From: Laetmonice hystrix
Lineage: Eukaryota
Assembly (NCBI GenBank): GCA_965235115.1
Contig: OZ249436.1
Location: 40,364,001 to 40,428,000, forward strand
Reading direction: 5' to 3'
Length of the DNA stretch: 64,000 bases
Below the pieces are notes generated by a model. That model was not told the origin of the DNA, ran no database searches, and was given only the letters and a program-made list of their open reading frames with translations. This document shows positions 38,501-49,800 of this stretch, piece after piece (position 1 is the stretch's first letter; every line of letters begins with the position of its first letter). A program made the position numbers and the translations under genes.

Positions 38501-40535
38501 CTGAAAAAGGCTGGCGAGAATGCTGAAATGATCGTGTCTAGTGCATATTTTTTTACCCCCAAACTTGCCTCTGAAAATCCAGTGTGTATACCCGAGTCTA
38601 AGCAAAAACCATGGGCGGTTGGTTGGAAGGTCTCGACTGCCAAAAATGGACAATAAAGGAACTTGTCTTTGGCTTGAGAGTCTGTAGTAGCACTTGGAAA
38701 TACACATCCAAAGAGACAAGAAGCCCAGATAATTCAATAAAGGCATTAGTTTGTGTCAACTTAGGCTGACTTCTCATAACTTCTTATAAGCAAGGGCCTA
38801 CATCATTTTGCATTAAAAAACAGCAATATTATCAAACTCTTTTCTGAGTAGTCTGGGGCCTGGCCCTAAAAAGGGATGTTTGGTTTGTTGCTGGTCTAGG
38901 TGAGGGTGGGGGTCTATTTGGTAGCGGACCTGAAGCCAAGGAAATCTTCGTCAGACACAACAACTCATCATACTCTGCCTGGGGAATGTTGTATGATCAT
39001 CATCCTAACTGTCACTATGACTGGAGCCGACTGCAGCAGTTCACACCCAGGGTCCTAGCCCCTATTATATCAGCCGAGTTCAAGTTTCCCCCCTAAGCCT
39101 GGTCTTGCAAAAATCGCATACATGCAGTAGTAACGTAGCGTAGGCCAGCTGTTACAGGCCTGTGTCCGGGGGGGGGGGGGGGCTGCTCCCACAGAACATC
39201 GATTTTTTCTTAGCATTCCCGCCGATTTGAACCCGTTGAGCGATGAATCCACAAAATATATTGCCCTAAAAATCTAAAATGGCCCCTAAATGGCAGGGAA
39301 TCGCGTCTCAGAGCTTCTAGTTTTCAAAAATCCTGGACACACACCTGTGTTACTGCACATGAGTTCAGTCCAAGCCTCGAATTCGAAGTTAAAAGGGGCA
39401 CGGCAAAAATTGCCGTCGAGGGCCTTGTTAAAAGGGTGGGTGGGTATTTGGGGTTTTACGCCTTGCAACAGCCAGGGTCATATCACGGCGGTGAAGATGA
39501 GATGAAAGTCAGTTTTTCTTGGTGGAGGAAACCGGAGTACCCGGAGGAAACCACCGACCTTCGGGAAGGAACTGACTGACAAACCTTTCACACATGCAGC
39601 CCAGGCCGGGAATCGAACCCGGGTCGCAGCGGAGTGAGGCGATGGTCCTAGGTGTCATGATGGAGCCGACACCTTAGACCACTCGGCCACCCGAGGCCCC
39701 CGCCTTGTTAAAAGGAGGGCACCACAGCATTTTTAACAAGTTTGGAAGAGCACCACGGCAAATTTACTTCTCCAGGGAGGGGCACCAAGGCATTCACAAT
39801 TAGATCTGAATCTGCAAATGTCAATGTCTTGGAAAGTGATCCTGAAGAATAGCTAGAAGATTTTAAGCTTTTAGAAAGTCGGGTTATTAAGATTGTTAGA
39901 CAGTGGGATGTCATCTGGCCTGCGTCCACAGAAGGGCACACAACAGCAAGGGAAAAGGGCATCACGGCACTGGACTGCCGTCAATGAGGCAAAAAATTGG
40001 AGGGCAAATACCTACCTGCTAAATACACTCTATCTAATCTTTTTAATATGAATATTATTTTATTTGATGCGATCCTGAACCAGAAAAAAATGGGCAGAAT
40101 TTGCAAATCATGTTTGGAGCTGAGGAAAACTCTTATTTTAACAAATAAAACATTCACATTGGTCCTTCTATGTGACTGTGATGGTAAACTCAAATTGCTG
40201 TGTTCTATTTGTTAGTGTAACAATGCCGAATCTGCAAAGCACGCTGCCAATCTCCGACACTGCATCACAGTCGTAATAGAGTCTAGTGCATGACATGTCA
40301 CTTGTCACCTCATTCTTCTCGGCTCAGGCTCAGGCCCGAGCGTCAAGACGTAGCACAAGAACCTTGAATATATATCTTAAACAAATCATGCATCTTCTTC
40401 ATCAAATTCATACATCGTAAAGGCCTAGGTCATTCGACTACTTTCGGTTAATCAAAACTTGAATCGATTCTTAAATGCTCGTATTTCGCAATTTCTTTAT
40501 CGAAAGTTCTACTCACTCGATTCTTCGGACGCCAT
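35526..40535 (-). CDS. UBFD1: Ubiquitin family domain-containing protein 1. Exons (minus): 40517-40535, 37850-37975, 37511-37672, 37217-37252, 36770-36948, 36276-36450, 36025-36107, 35526-35636
   Basis: Translation gives MASEES..., a Ubl domain (VDFKVVYNKKKHDVTFPLDETVLEMKKHLEEITGVPLAMQKVMFKGRMRDEGTLRDHKVAKGSKIMLVGS), EPLSKQKPHRTVLEKHGKP, GMYNKSGGKVRLTFKMEQDQLWIGTKERT and the C-terminus GPTEASRYWVYWVPAQYVDAIKDAILGKFQYF*. This matches known UBFD1, and all phases are consistent. Confidence 0.95.
38193..38525. mobile_element. MITE, hAT-like, 5-bp TSD
   Basis: TIR cagggttctcgccag / ctggcgagaatgctg; AAATG on both sides. Confidence 0.7.
39436..39701 (-). mobile_element. tRNA-derived SINE with V-SINE-type core, full length
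   Basis: On minus: head ggggcctcgggtggccgagtggtctaagg (A box) ... gggttcgattccc (B box), core ggtggtttcctccgggtactccggtttcctccacc, tail gaccctggctgttgcaaggcgtaaaac. Flanked by 14-bp TSD gccttgttaaaagg (39422-39435 / 39702-39715). Confidence 0.88.
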
Positions 40536-41040
40536 ATTTGTTTCCGGTTTCTTTATTACCTCCTTGAAAAGAGTTCTACTCTGGTTCCCCGCCAGTCAGT
40601 CAAACTCAAAGACGGTGAGTCAGTACAGGTTTGATTTCTCTACTCTCAGCTATCACTACATTGATATTAAACAAGAAGCACATAACACGGTTTTCCATAA
40701 TCTCAATAACGACATAAAAAGCGTTATTAACGCATTTTCTATCGGTCTTCTTCAGTCGGCCCTACTATCTTCTTCTTCCTCCAGTAGATGGCGCCTCCAC
40801 AATCTTGTGGCGCCATCTGGGGAACTGGTAAAGAATTATCCATGGACGAAATGATCCTGCGGTCTAACAACTGAGTGATGCTAGTGACAATAATGGTAGA
40901 GTTGTGCTATAAGATGAAGGTATGAGTTTTCTATGCGAACCCCCTTAGAGCAGGAACAACTGATATTTCAAAACACCAATTTGGTAGGCGTACAGAAGAA
41001 ACGGCCGGGGAAGCAGGTAAAGTGAGCGATATTTGAGGTA
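40536..41040. promoter_or_regulatory. Putative bidirectional promoter between UBFD1 and POLR3H
   Basis: Head-to-head genes; YY1-like AAATATGGCG overlapping the UBFD1 ATG; ETS-like TTCCGG at ~40542; inverted pair AGATGGCGCC (40786-40795) / GGCGCCATCT (40809-40818); candidate + strand donors near 40920-41040. Confidence 0.5.
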
Positions 41041-41340
41041 AATAGCCAAGCTAAACATAAACACGTGGGTTACAACTGACATCCAGCACGTAGACGTCTG
41101 AACCGTAATGTTAGGACGCATCTCCAGTTTGGCCGCCCGTAATTATGTAGTGAATTACAAGTGAAATTGGCATGGCTTAGGAAATCCATTATCCCCGCAC
41201 CTGACAGAGCCAGGCCCAGGCCAGTGTATGCAGGGGCGGATCCAGGATTTTGGAAAGGGGGGGGGGGCGTGGGGTTTGAATGGTAAACTAGCAGTGCACG
41301 CACCGCACGTGCGCGCCCCTCGGGAGAGGTGTAGGGGCTT

Positions 41341-42098
41341 AGGTGTCGGTTGCCCCCCGACATTTGTCCCGTAGGACATCTGCCCCCTAGACATTTGCCC
41401 CTGTAGGACTTCTGCCCCCTATCATTTGCCCCCCCCCCCCGACATTCACCCCTCCTGACATTAACCCCCGTAGTACTTCTGCCCCCCCCCCCCCCTAGGA
41501 CCCTAACTCTGACCCTGTCCTAACCCCTCTGCGAAGGCATAGGTGTGTGTGGAAGAGTTACATGGATCATGCAGTGCAATGAGGGGAGAGATGTCCTACA
41601 GTCTGTTCGCTCTAAGAAGAGCTTGACCTCGGCCTCATTATAAGCTGTGACCTGCCCCCTCCTCCCGTCTACCCACAGCTGGCGTATCACAAGTCGTCAC
41701 CGCCTGTCACTCAAGAATGGCACCAAACTCCATGTGGTTCTGTATTACCCCAAATAGAGTGCTCACCCCAGCTTTACATCCTCCCGCGGGCTAATGTCTT
41801 GGGGGTGAATGTCTGGGGGGCAAAAGTCCTACAGGGGCAAAAGTCCTATGGGGTGTAATGTCCGTGGGGGAGGGGTTGAATTTGGGGGGGGGGGCAGATG
41901 TCCTAGGGGGGCAAAGTACGGGGGCTCATGTCTGGGGGGCAGATGCCCTGGGGGGGGGCAAAAGTCCTACAGGGCTAATGTCTGGGGGGGGGGGCAAATG
42001 TCGGGGGGGGGCAGATGCTCTAGGGGGCAGAAGTCCTGGGGCAAATGTCCGGGGGCCAAATGTCCAGGGAGGGGGGGGGGGGAAGTGCCCTGATACCA
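41341..42098. mobile_element. Foldback-like non-autonomous DNA element with sub-terminal GGGGCAAATGTC arrays
   Basis: Left arm has repeated gacatttgcccc; right arm has repeated ggggcaaatgtc / ggggcagatgtc in inverted orientation. Exact ends uncertain. Confidence 0.6.
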
Positions 42099-42138
42099 GA
42101 ATGATTAATGAATAGGCAGTGTTTATTCTGCCGGTGTG

Positions 42139-42551
42139 TAGACCCAGTCAAATTCCGTGATCCTTGCCAGGAAATTCCGTTTTGAATTTTTAAAATTCCG
42201 TTATTTTCCGTTTCAGTATTTTCTCAGTATACAGGGTATCCGAAAAAATGCACAACCATATCTGCACACCTGTCACATTTGTGAGTCCAGTCTGTTTGCT
42301 CTAAGAAGAGCTCGAGCATATTCATGACCCTCCCACCCCACTTCTCTAGCGGGTCCAGCCAGGCCAACCCAGGTCCCAGCTACACTGTATACGGTCGGCT
42401 GGGGAATTACCAGTACGTAGTAAAAAAAGACGTTTTGCGTTATTTTCCGTTTTACACTGGAAATTCCGTTTCAGATAGTAAATTCTGTTTCAAATAGTAA
42501 ATTCCGCAATTCCGTCCGCGATTCCACGATCACGGAAATTGACTGGCTCTA
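42139..42551. mobile_element. MITE, hAT-like, 6-bp TSD
   Basis: TIR tagacccagtcaaattccgtgatc / gatcacggaaattgactggctcta; GGTGTG on both sides; internal aattccg repeats. Confidence 0.7.
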
Positions 42552-43818
42552 GGTGTGGCATACTGTAGATTCTGCCGTACTGTAGCCTACATTCCGCACA
42601 GCCATCTACCCAACTTGGAGCCATATTTGTTTTTTTACCCCCCTAATAACACTTTTTTGGCTCATATCTCGAAAACAGTGCAAGATAACGCAATAGTTAC
42701 TATTATTAACAGAAAGGAAGTCATATATAATGTATGAAGTTTCGTTAGGCGCCATTTTCCATGACCTTGAGCGGCCTTGAAAGGTCAATCAAAGTTATGC
42801 ATATTTTCAATAGCCTGTATCTCCAAAACAGAACAAGACAACGACATAATCTTGTCTGAAACATTACACAATGATCAGGAACAGTCAGGCAGATCAAACA
42901 TATACACGCATTTTTAGATATATCAGTCAAAATGGCTGCTTGGTGGCCATCTTGGATATAAACACATTGGGAGTAATTTCTCAGATAAAATTTCGTTCAA
43001 ATTTTGTGGAAAAGAGAAGCATATAAGGGGTATATACTATATGCCAATGTATTCTTAGTTCAGAGCAAAATATAGGCAATAGCTAGCATGAATAGGAAGT
43101 ATATCCCTTTCTTTTCACAGCATTGATGATGACATAGTAGATTGTATTCTTCGACCTTTCCTGACCTTAAAACATCAGTCGGTGTAGTCCCATAACTACC
43201 GGTACTCTTTGTAATGAAAAGTTCGGGATTATTTCTTCTACTTAAAATAAATGTAGTGGGGCTGCTAAATTACAGTCAATTTCCAATTAACTCTTAATTG
43301 ACAAGTCTTCTGCAATACTGTTTTCAGCAGAATGTTTTAGTTTCTGGGTGTTCACATTATGATGGTGCAATTTTGGGTCCTGAAATTTTAAATATTTATG
43401 AACCAAAGTTTGGCAAATAGCCAAAAAAAAAGTAGGTAGATTCTCTGTAAATTTGAAAGGAACTTTTATAGTTTGTATAAAAACTATATTTATTGAAAGT
43501 TTATTGAACCTCCGATTATCAAAGTTATGGACATCCCAGTGTCAAAAAAATCAAATCATTACACATTTTCAAGCATATTTTTAGAATCATACAATAAAGT
43601 GTTATATTCGAACTAAAAGAGTGAATTTGATTCTTTTATTTGATACCATTTGATTTTATGGGGCAGTAATGTGGGAATGAAGATGTTGGACAAGTTCTCA
43701 TCTTCAGTTTCATACAGGAGGTTTGAGAGAACTATGAGATGTGTTTGTTATTATGACAAATTTATGATAAAAAAACGGGTCCATTTCAGGTTTTCATTCA
43801 TCCAAGTGAGATATCAAC

Positions 43819-46800
43819 ATGTTTGTACTTGCTGAGATGAAAGACACAGTTCGAATTCCACCATGGTTATTTGATCTCAAGCTGGAAGATGCCATAATAG
43901 ATGCTCTGAACAAAAAGTTTGCCAATAAGGTTAGTTCTTCATCGTTTTTGTTTACTACATCTTTCTGACAAAAGACTTCATAATATTATAAGGATGACGA
44001 TTTATTGACATGCAATTTTTTTTCTTATAAATGACATTCGACCATTTTCATCTAGGGAATAAATGTCATTTGATACAATTGATTCCCATCTTCAAGTAAT
44101 GGAAAATAGCATGTAATCGTGAAACTGCATGATTTTTTAGGGGAAATACAGTGTTTTATCAAAGTTACTTCAATCGTTTTCCAGGTAGTACATAATGTAG
44201 GCTTGTGTGTAACCCTGTGGGACTTAACAAGGTGTGAAGACAGTTTTATATTTCCTGGAGATGGCTCATCCCACACTGTAGGTAAGTTCTGCATACATAC
44301 AAGATAAACAGAACAAGTATTAAAACATGATAAACCTCTATGTAGTACTGTATTAGTACACATGTACTCAAGTGTTGCTGAATGGATAATGAATACACAG
44401 ATTTTGGAAAACTTCTCTGAAGTTTATTACAAACTGTTTTGGCCATTGCAGTACATTTCCGATATGTCGTTTTTCGACCCTTCATGGATGAGATCCTTCT
44501 GGGGAAGATCCGGAGTTGCAGTCGTGAAGGAGTCCATGGTGAGCAAGATTTGTTTTCATTAAGGAGCTGATATTTGCAATAAGTGGAAGTGAACTAATAC
44601 ATCAAGGACTCCTGTTTCCTCAGGGAATGTTTCTGAATTTCGCAATGTGGTATGTTGACTGTTGCTGCGTGATCAGGAGGCGAATTGTATAAAGGCCCTC
44701 TGTAAAAGGTAGTGTCATTCTGAAAGTACAAGGGACCGTCGTGGTGTCCACTATTATCCACTAGGTGGCGCCAGGATTTCACCAGCGCCGAAACCTCTTA
44801 CTTATCAAGTCAATTTGAGTGTCGTACTCTAGTAGGCCTACTCAGTAGGTTTCATACATTTTTATAAATTATGTGTAAAAACTGTTTTAGAATTCTCTAT
44901 TGTTCTCTATTGAGTAACCTTGTGGGATCAATCAAGGTCAGGCTAAGAATGTCTGCACATTGACTGTATCTCAAAAATACACATTACATGTACGTGTAGA
45001 TTTTATACCCACAGATAATAGTCCATACCCATGCAGTTGCGGGTTGTGACTCCAACGGGGCCTTGTTTTTTCCAAGTTAAAAACATCTTTCGATTTTGCG
45101 TTTTGTGTGCATGGAACCCACCATATTCACAGCCCCGCAGATGAGAAGACAAGGTGCATCTTTATATAACTACAATGTACATCAAAGAGTGTAACATAAC
45201 ATTTGAAAGGAGTGTGCCCTTTTAGAATGTTACAATCTTTGATTACAGTTTGGATGAGGAACATTTTCTTATCTGAATTTTAACTCAGCCTTAGCGACCT
45301 GTGACATTAACATTGGCAGGGAAGGTTGGCCTCTCCGTCCTCGGTGTCCACGAGTCGTGCCAGATAGTGACTGCGAACAGAGAATTTCCAATCTCATCAG
45401 CTACATCTGTGATCACACTCACGTGGACTGAAGAGAGCCACAGTGGCGGATTTGATTAGACTGGTATTATAGCTCCAGGAAAGGTCGCTGTTGTTGGACA
45501 GCACGGAAACCGTTTTTTAATAAGATATGTGTGGCAGCAGCCGCCCGTCTGTCTGTGTCTGTCTGTCGGTGCTGGATTCATCTGCTCGAGTTTACCGTGT
45601 TAATGAGTGTTGGACAAGGAAGCGGGGGAGAGAAGCTCTATGCACCTGTATAGTGAACTCAGCTAGAATTGACTAGGGCATGGCCGTGGGGAGCGGAGCT
45701 AGGAGTGGCAGCACTGGCACCAAATGAGATTGAATTTGATGGCATCGTCTCGCAAGGGCGGCAGGCCTGCTGCCAACTGGCTGTAATTTAATTCTAGATG
45801 TGACCTAGAGATTTTCTTTCCACAGTCTCCTGGGCCCGGGAGTAGGTGGAGGAAGAGTGTGGGGAGGGTCTGGCTCGGACCAAACTGCCCCTAGGGCCAG
45901 GATAAGACGGGCCTTCAGAACCGTGTGTGCAGGCAGCCAGGTCTTGGCCCTTTTATACGGAGACCCACACGGGAGGACGGGAGTGATGGATAGCTGTACA
46001 CTGAGTGATATATAATGAGCAGCTCCAGAGTAGGAAGAGGCTGATGAGATCTTTCCAGGAGCATGCAAGCCATTAAGACTCGTTGAGTTACAGCACTCTA
46101 CCTCACATGAACAAAGCCCATTGAAAGTCCAGTAAATCGATGGCGGGTTCTTCTCTTTTTTTTTTTAATGAATATTACCAGAAACTCTTCAAACGATGAA
46201 GAAGATCTTTAAGTAGACAGAAAGGGTTAGACAGAACTGGTGTTACACATTGACTAACGGTGTATTAATAAAATAGGAACTGAAAATTTCATGACGGTGG
46301 GGAATAACTGGATGATTTCACTTACTCTGGTCATTGAAGGAACCTTTGAAATGAAATATTTATATTTGAAGCTTTGATTTTCTTGAGTACAAATGAAGAG
46401 AGAGGAATTGAGAGGGGCATTTCAGGTTTTCTGTCATCTCATTTCCTGGTGCCAAACGGGTGAATTATTGAAAGAGATTCCTTGAATATGTAGCTAAAAA
46501 TAATCCCTGATGTGTTTGATCTTTCGGAGAGTTTCTCACCGATACATCTTTCACTGATCTGAAGGTTTGAAAATGTTTAGCACGTCGGCGAATGTAGTGC
46601 ACATTGTTATTAACGTAGTACTGTTTAAACGGACTCTGATGTTACTGGATTTTCAGAAGAGTAATGGACATGCAGTCGGAGATTTATGATACTTGTTCCG
46701 GGAGGTTAGCCTTACCCCTACAAACAGGCAGTGAACACTCAGCCTTACCCCTACAAACAGGCAGTGAACACTCAGCCTTACCCCTACAAACAGGCAGTGA

Positions 46801-49800
46801 ACACTCAGCCTTACCCCTACAAACAGTACAGGCAGTGAACACTCAGCCTTACCCCTACAAACAGTACAGGCAGTGAACACTCAGCCTTACCACTACAAAC
46901 AGGCAGTGAACACTCAGCCTTACCACTACAAACAGGCAGTGAACACTCAGCCTTACCCCTACAAACAGGCAGTGAACACTCAGCGGTACCCCTACAAACA
47001 GGCAGTGAACTCTCAGCCTTACCCCTACAAACAGGCAGTGAACTCTCAGCCTTACTCCTACAAACAGGCAGTGAACACTCAGCCTTACCACTACAAACAG
47101 GCAGTGAACACTCAGCCTTACCACTACAAACAGGCAGTGAACACTCAGCCTTACCACTACAAACAGGCAGTGAACACTCAGCCTTACCCCCTACAAACAT
47201 GCAGTAAACACTCAGCCCTACCCCTACAAACAGGCAGTGAACACTCAGCCTTACCCCTACAAACAGGCAGTGAAAAACTACTGGCAGGTTAAACCACATG
47301 AAGATCAAGGCCGGGACAGTTAAAGCTTACATGCCTAGTAACGGAAACCCCGCATTCTATTGTTTCCTCGTTCAGGTTTCATGCAGATGGCAGGAAAGGA
47401 CTCGCACAATACGGATCACATGGGGATCCAGTTTCTGGGTCAGTTCTCGCCCATACAGTATCTTAAAGGGATCCAATTGCATCAACTTTTCCAGGGATAA
47501 CCTGTTCTGTCTGCACAGAAATATATCATATTACAACGATCTACCTCATTATGTGGCGATTTACTTCTAACAATAACGAAACTGCAGGAGCAAATGTGCT
47601 GTTCATCACTTGGACGGTGAAAAATGCGATCGCATTTTACCCAGCTTGTTGACATTCCTGCCAGAGAGCACCCGTCCGACTAAATACCGAAACCTGCTGA
47701 AACTGACCAAAACTGGCTGAAACTGACCGACTTCAGTGCCATCTGGAAGTCGGTGTCCGTCGAGGTCGGTTGGTTGGTATACCAAGGTCGGTTTCGGTAA
47801 ATTCGCTCGGTGTCAGTGTTTAGTCGCACCCGACGAGCACTACTGCGAAAACCGAAAGCATGCATGGCCCTGATATACCGAAACCGATCTTCATGTATAC
47901 GACAGGCTACAAGGCGATACTCTACCAAACATGATTGGCATCTGGTCTGACATGAATTTGCAAACATGCAAACATGGTATCTATATCGGAAATAGTTGGA
48001 CTTTTTCTAATATAAGTCCCCTTTAAGCTGCGCTGTTCCAATAAATATTAGCTGAGATCGAGATTGAATGGGAAGTGATATGGTCGAGTGTTTATAATTA
48101 GACATTAGAAGCGGCCAATGTCTGGTAGTCGATGGGCACTGCTGGCAGTCATCCAAACCAGTATCACCTGCCGGTGTTATGCCGTTATGCCGAGTTCGGA
48201 AAATGTAAAGGTTTCATTGTTTGGTTAAAGCCAGGTGCGGATCCAGAGGGGGGGGGGGGTAACGTTAGGGGGTTTAACCCCCCCCCCCTAGCCATTTTTT
48301 TCTCTTTTGAACTTTGTATCGATAATTGTTTTCGTGATTTACAAGTCAAAATGTATGTCTTTTTTTTCAGTATCGATGGGATTCTTTGATGACATCCTGA
48401 TCCCATCTGATGCCCTTCAGCATCCAGCAAGATTGTATCCTTTGACATTGAAATGTTGCTATACTTCAACTGGCTCATGCCCAATGATTGTCAGGTAAGA
48501 TGAGTTGATTATGGAAGACTAATGGCAATGGCGTACTTACAGTATGATCACTTGCGGTTCACAAGTGAACTGTTTTGTTTATTTTGGTAAGAACCCCCAT
48601 CAGTTTGTCCAACAGGCGTGAACGGATCATCAAGACACACACCCCTGCTATGGTGAGCCACAGTCAATTAAAGTCCTATATTGAGGAAATAGAAGAAACT
48701 ATTTGATTTTATTTCTCACATGTATGACCGATTCTTTATTTGGTTAGCACATATCTTGCAGATCTTGACATAAAAACAGAATCTGTGCTAATTATCCTGT
48801 CGTATGGCAACAGTGTTTGCCAGAAAGAGTCGTTTATTTTCCTGCAGCAAAAAAATTTACACTACATGCAGTACTAACGTTTACATAATCGGAAATATTG
48901 GCTATGAAGTAACACTGCAGTTTGCCAAATCCAGATGGCTTTGTTCAATGTAGAGTATAGCAGTGACTAATAGTGGGATCATGCTTTGAACAACGTCAAA
49001 AAGAGGTTCACCTTGATATGCATATTTTGATAAAGAGATTACTAACAGTGCTGTTGGGCTGGTTCATGAATATGTAAAGGTTCTACACAGGAATGGAACA
49101 CCACCGTCACCGGTATCTGGTGGTCCTTTCCAACCTGTGTGCATTAGACCACTGGTAATCTTTCGCATCGCATCATGTTTGCTCAATTTACCATTGACAA
49201 GAGTCTGAATATTCATTTAGATTTAATAAGAATTTACGCACCTTGAACTGCATATGGATAGTTGCGAGTAGGGATCCATCTACTGCTGTTCAATATTGCA
49301 TGACCTTCTCAAGGGAACAGGGAGGGGTTAACAAACTAGTTATAGCTGAAAGTCCTCGATGAATAATAGCATTATTTTATGAAACTATCAGAAAGGTCTT
49401 GAAATAATCACAAAATGAAAGTTTATGTTGCATTACCACTGTTACATTTGTTCGTGAAAGCGCTCTGGGTATACTTCGTCTGATATCTTTGATTGAGATA
49501 TTCCTGGTGCGTCAGAAAAGTAGAGTGCTTCAAGTCACCAACAATCGTCTGCTTGTTTATGACGTGAAGGCGTCTAGTTTTATGATGTGGCCAGCCGCGG
49601 GTGATGCGGGATCTTTGACTGCGATATTCATGTCTAGTGGTTATTACATTGCTGGCCGGCCCGTGCCTCCTGATGAGAGCTACAGATAGCAATCAATCAG
49701 GGGTCTGATGATGGCTCGCAAACTTCGTTGTGCGACTCGCATGCTGATCAACCCCGCTCAGTACAAATCATTCTTATTTTAGCCATTCCCATCTCGCCTC

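Noticed and set aside
39600..39701. tRNA gene
   Set aside because: The A and B boxes belong to a SINE head: it is followed by a SINE core and tail and flanked by a TSD, and I could not fold a canonical cloverleaf.
46653..47308. Repetitive ORFs ([11 protein letters not shown] etc.)
   Set aside because: 33-bp intronic minisatellite; no splice or homology support.
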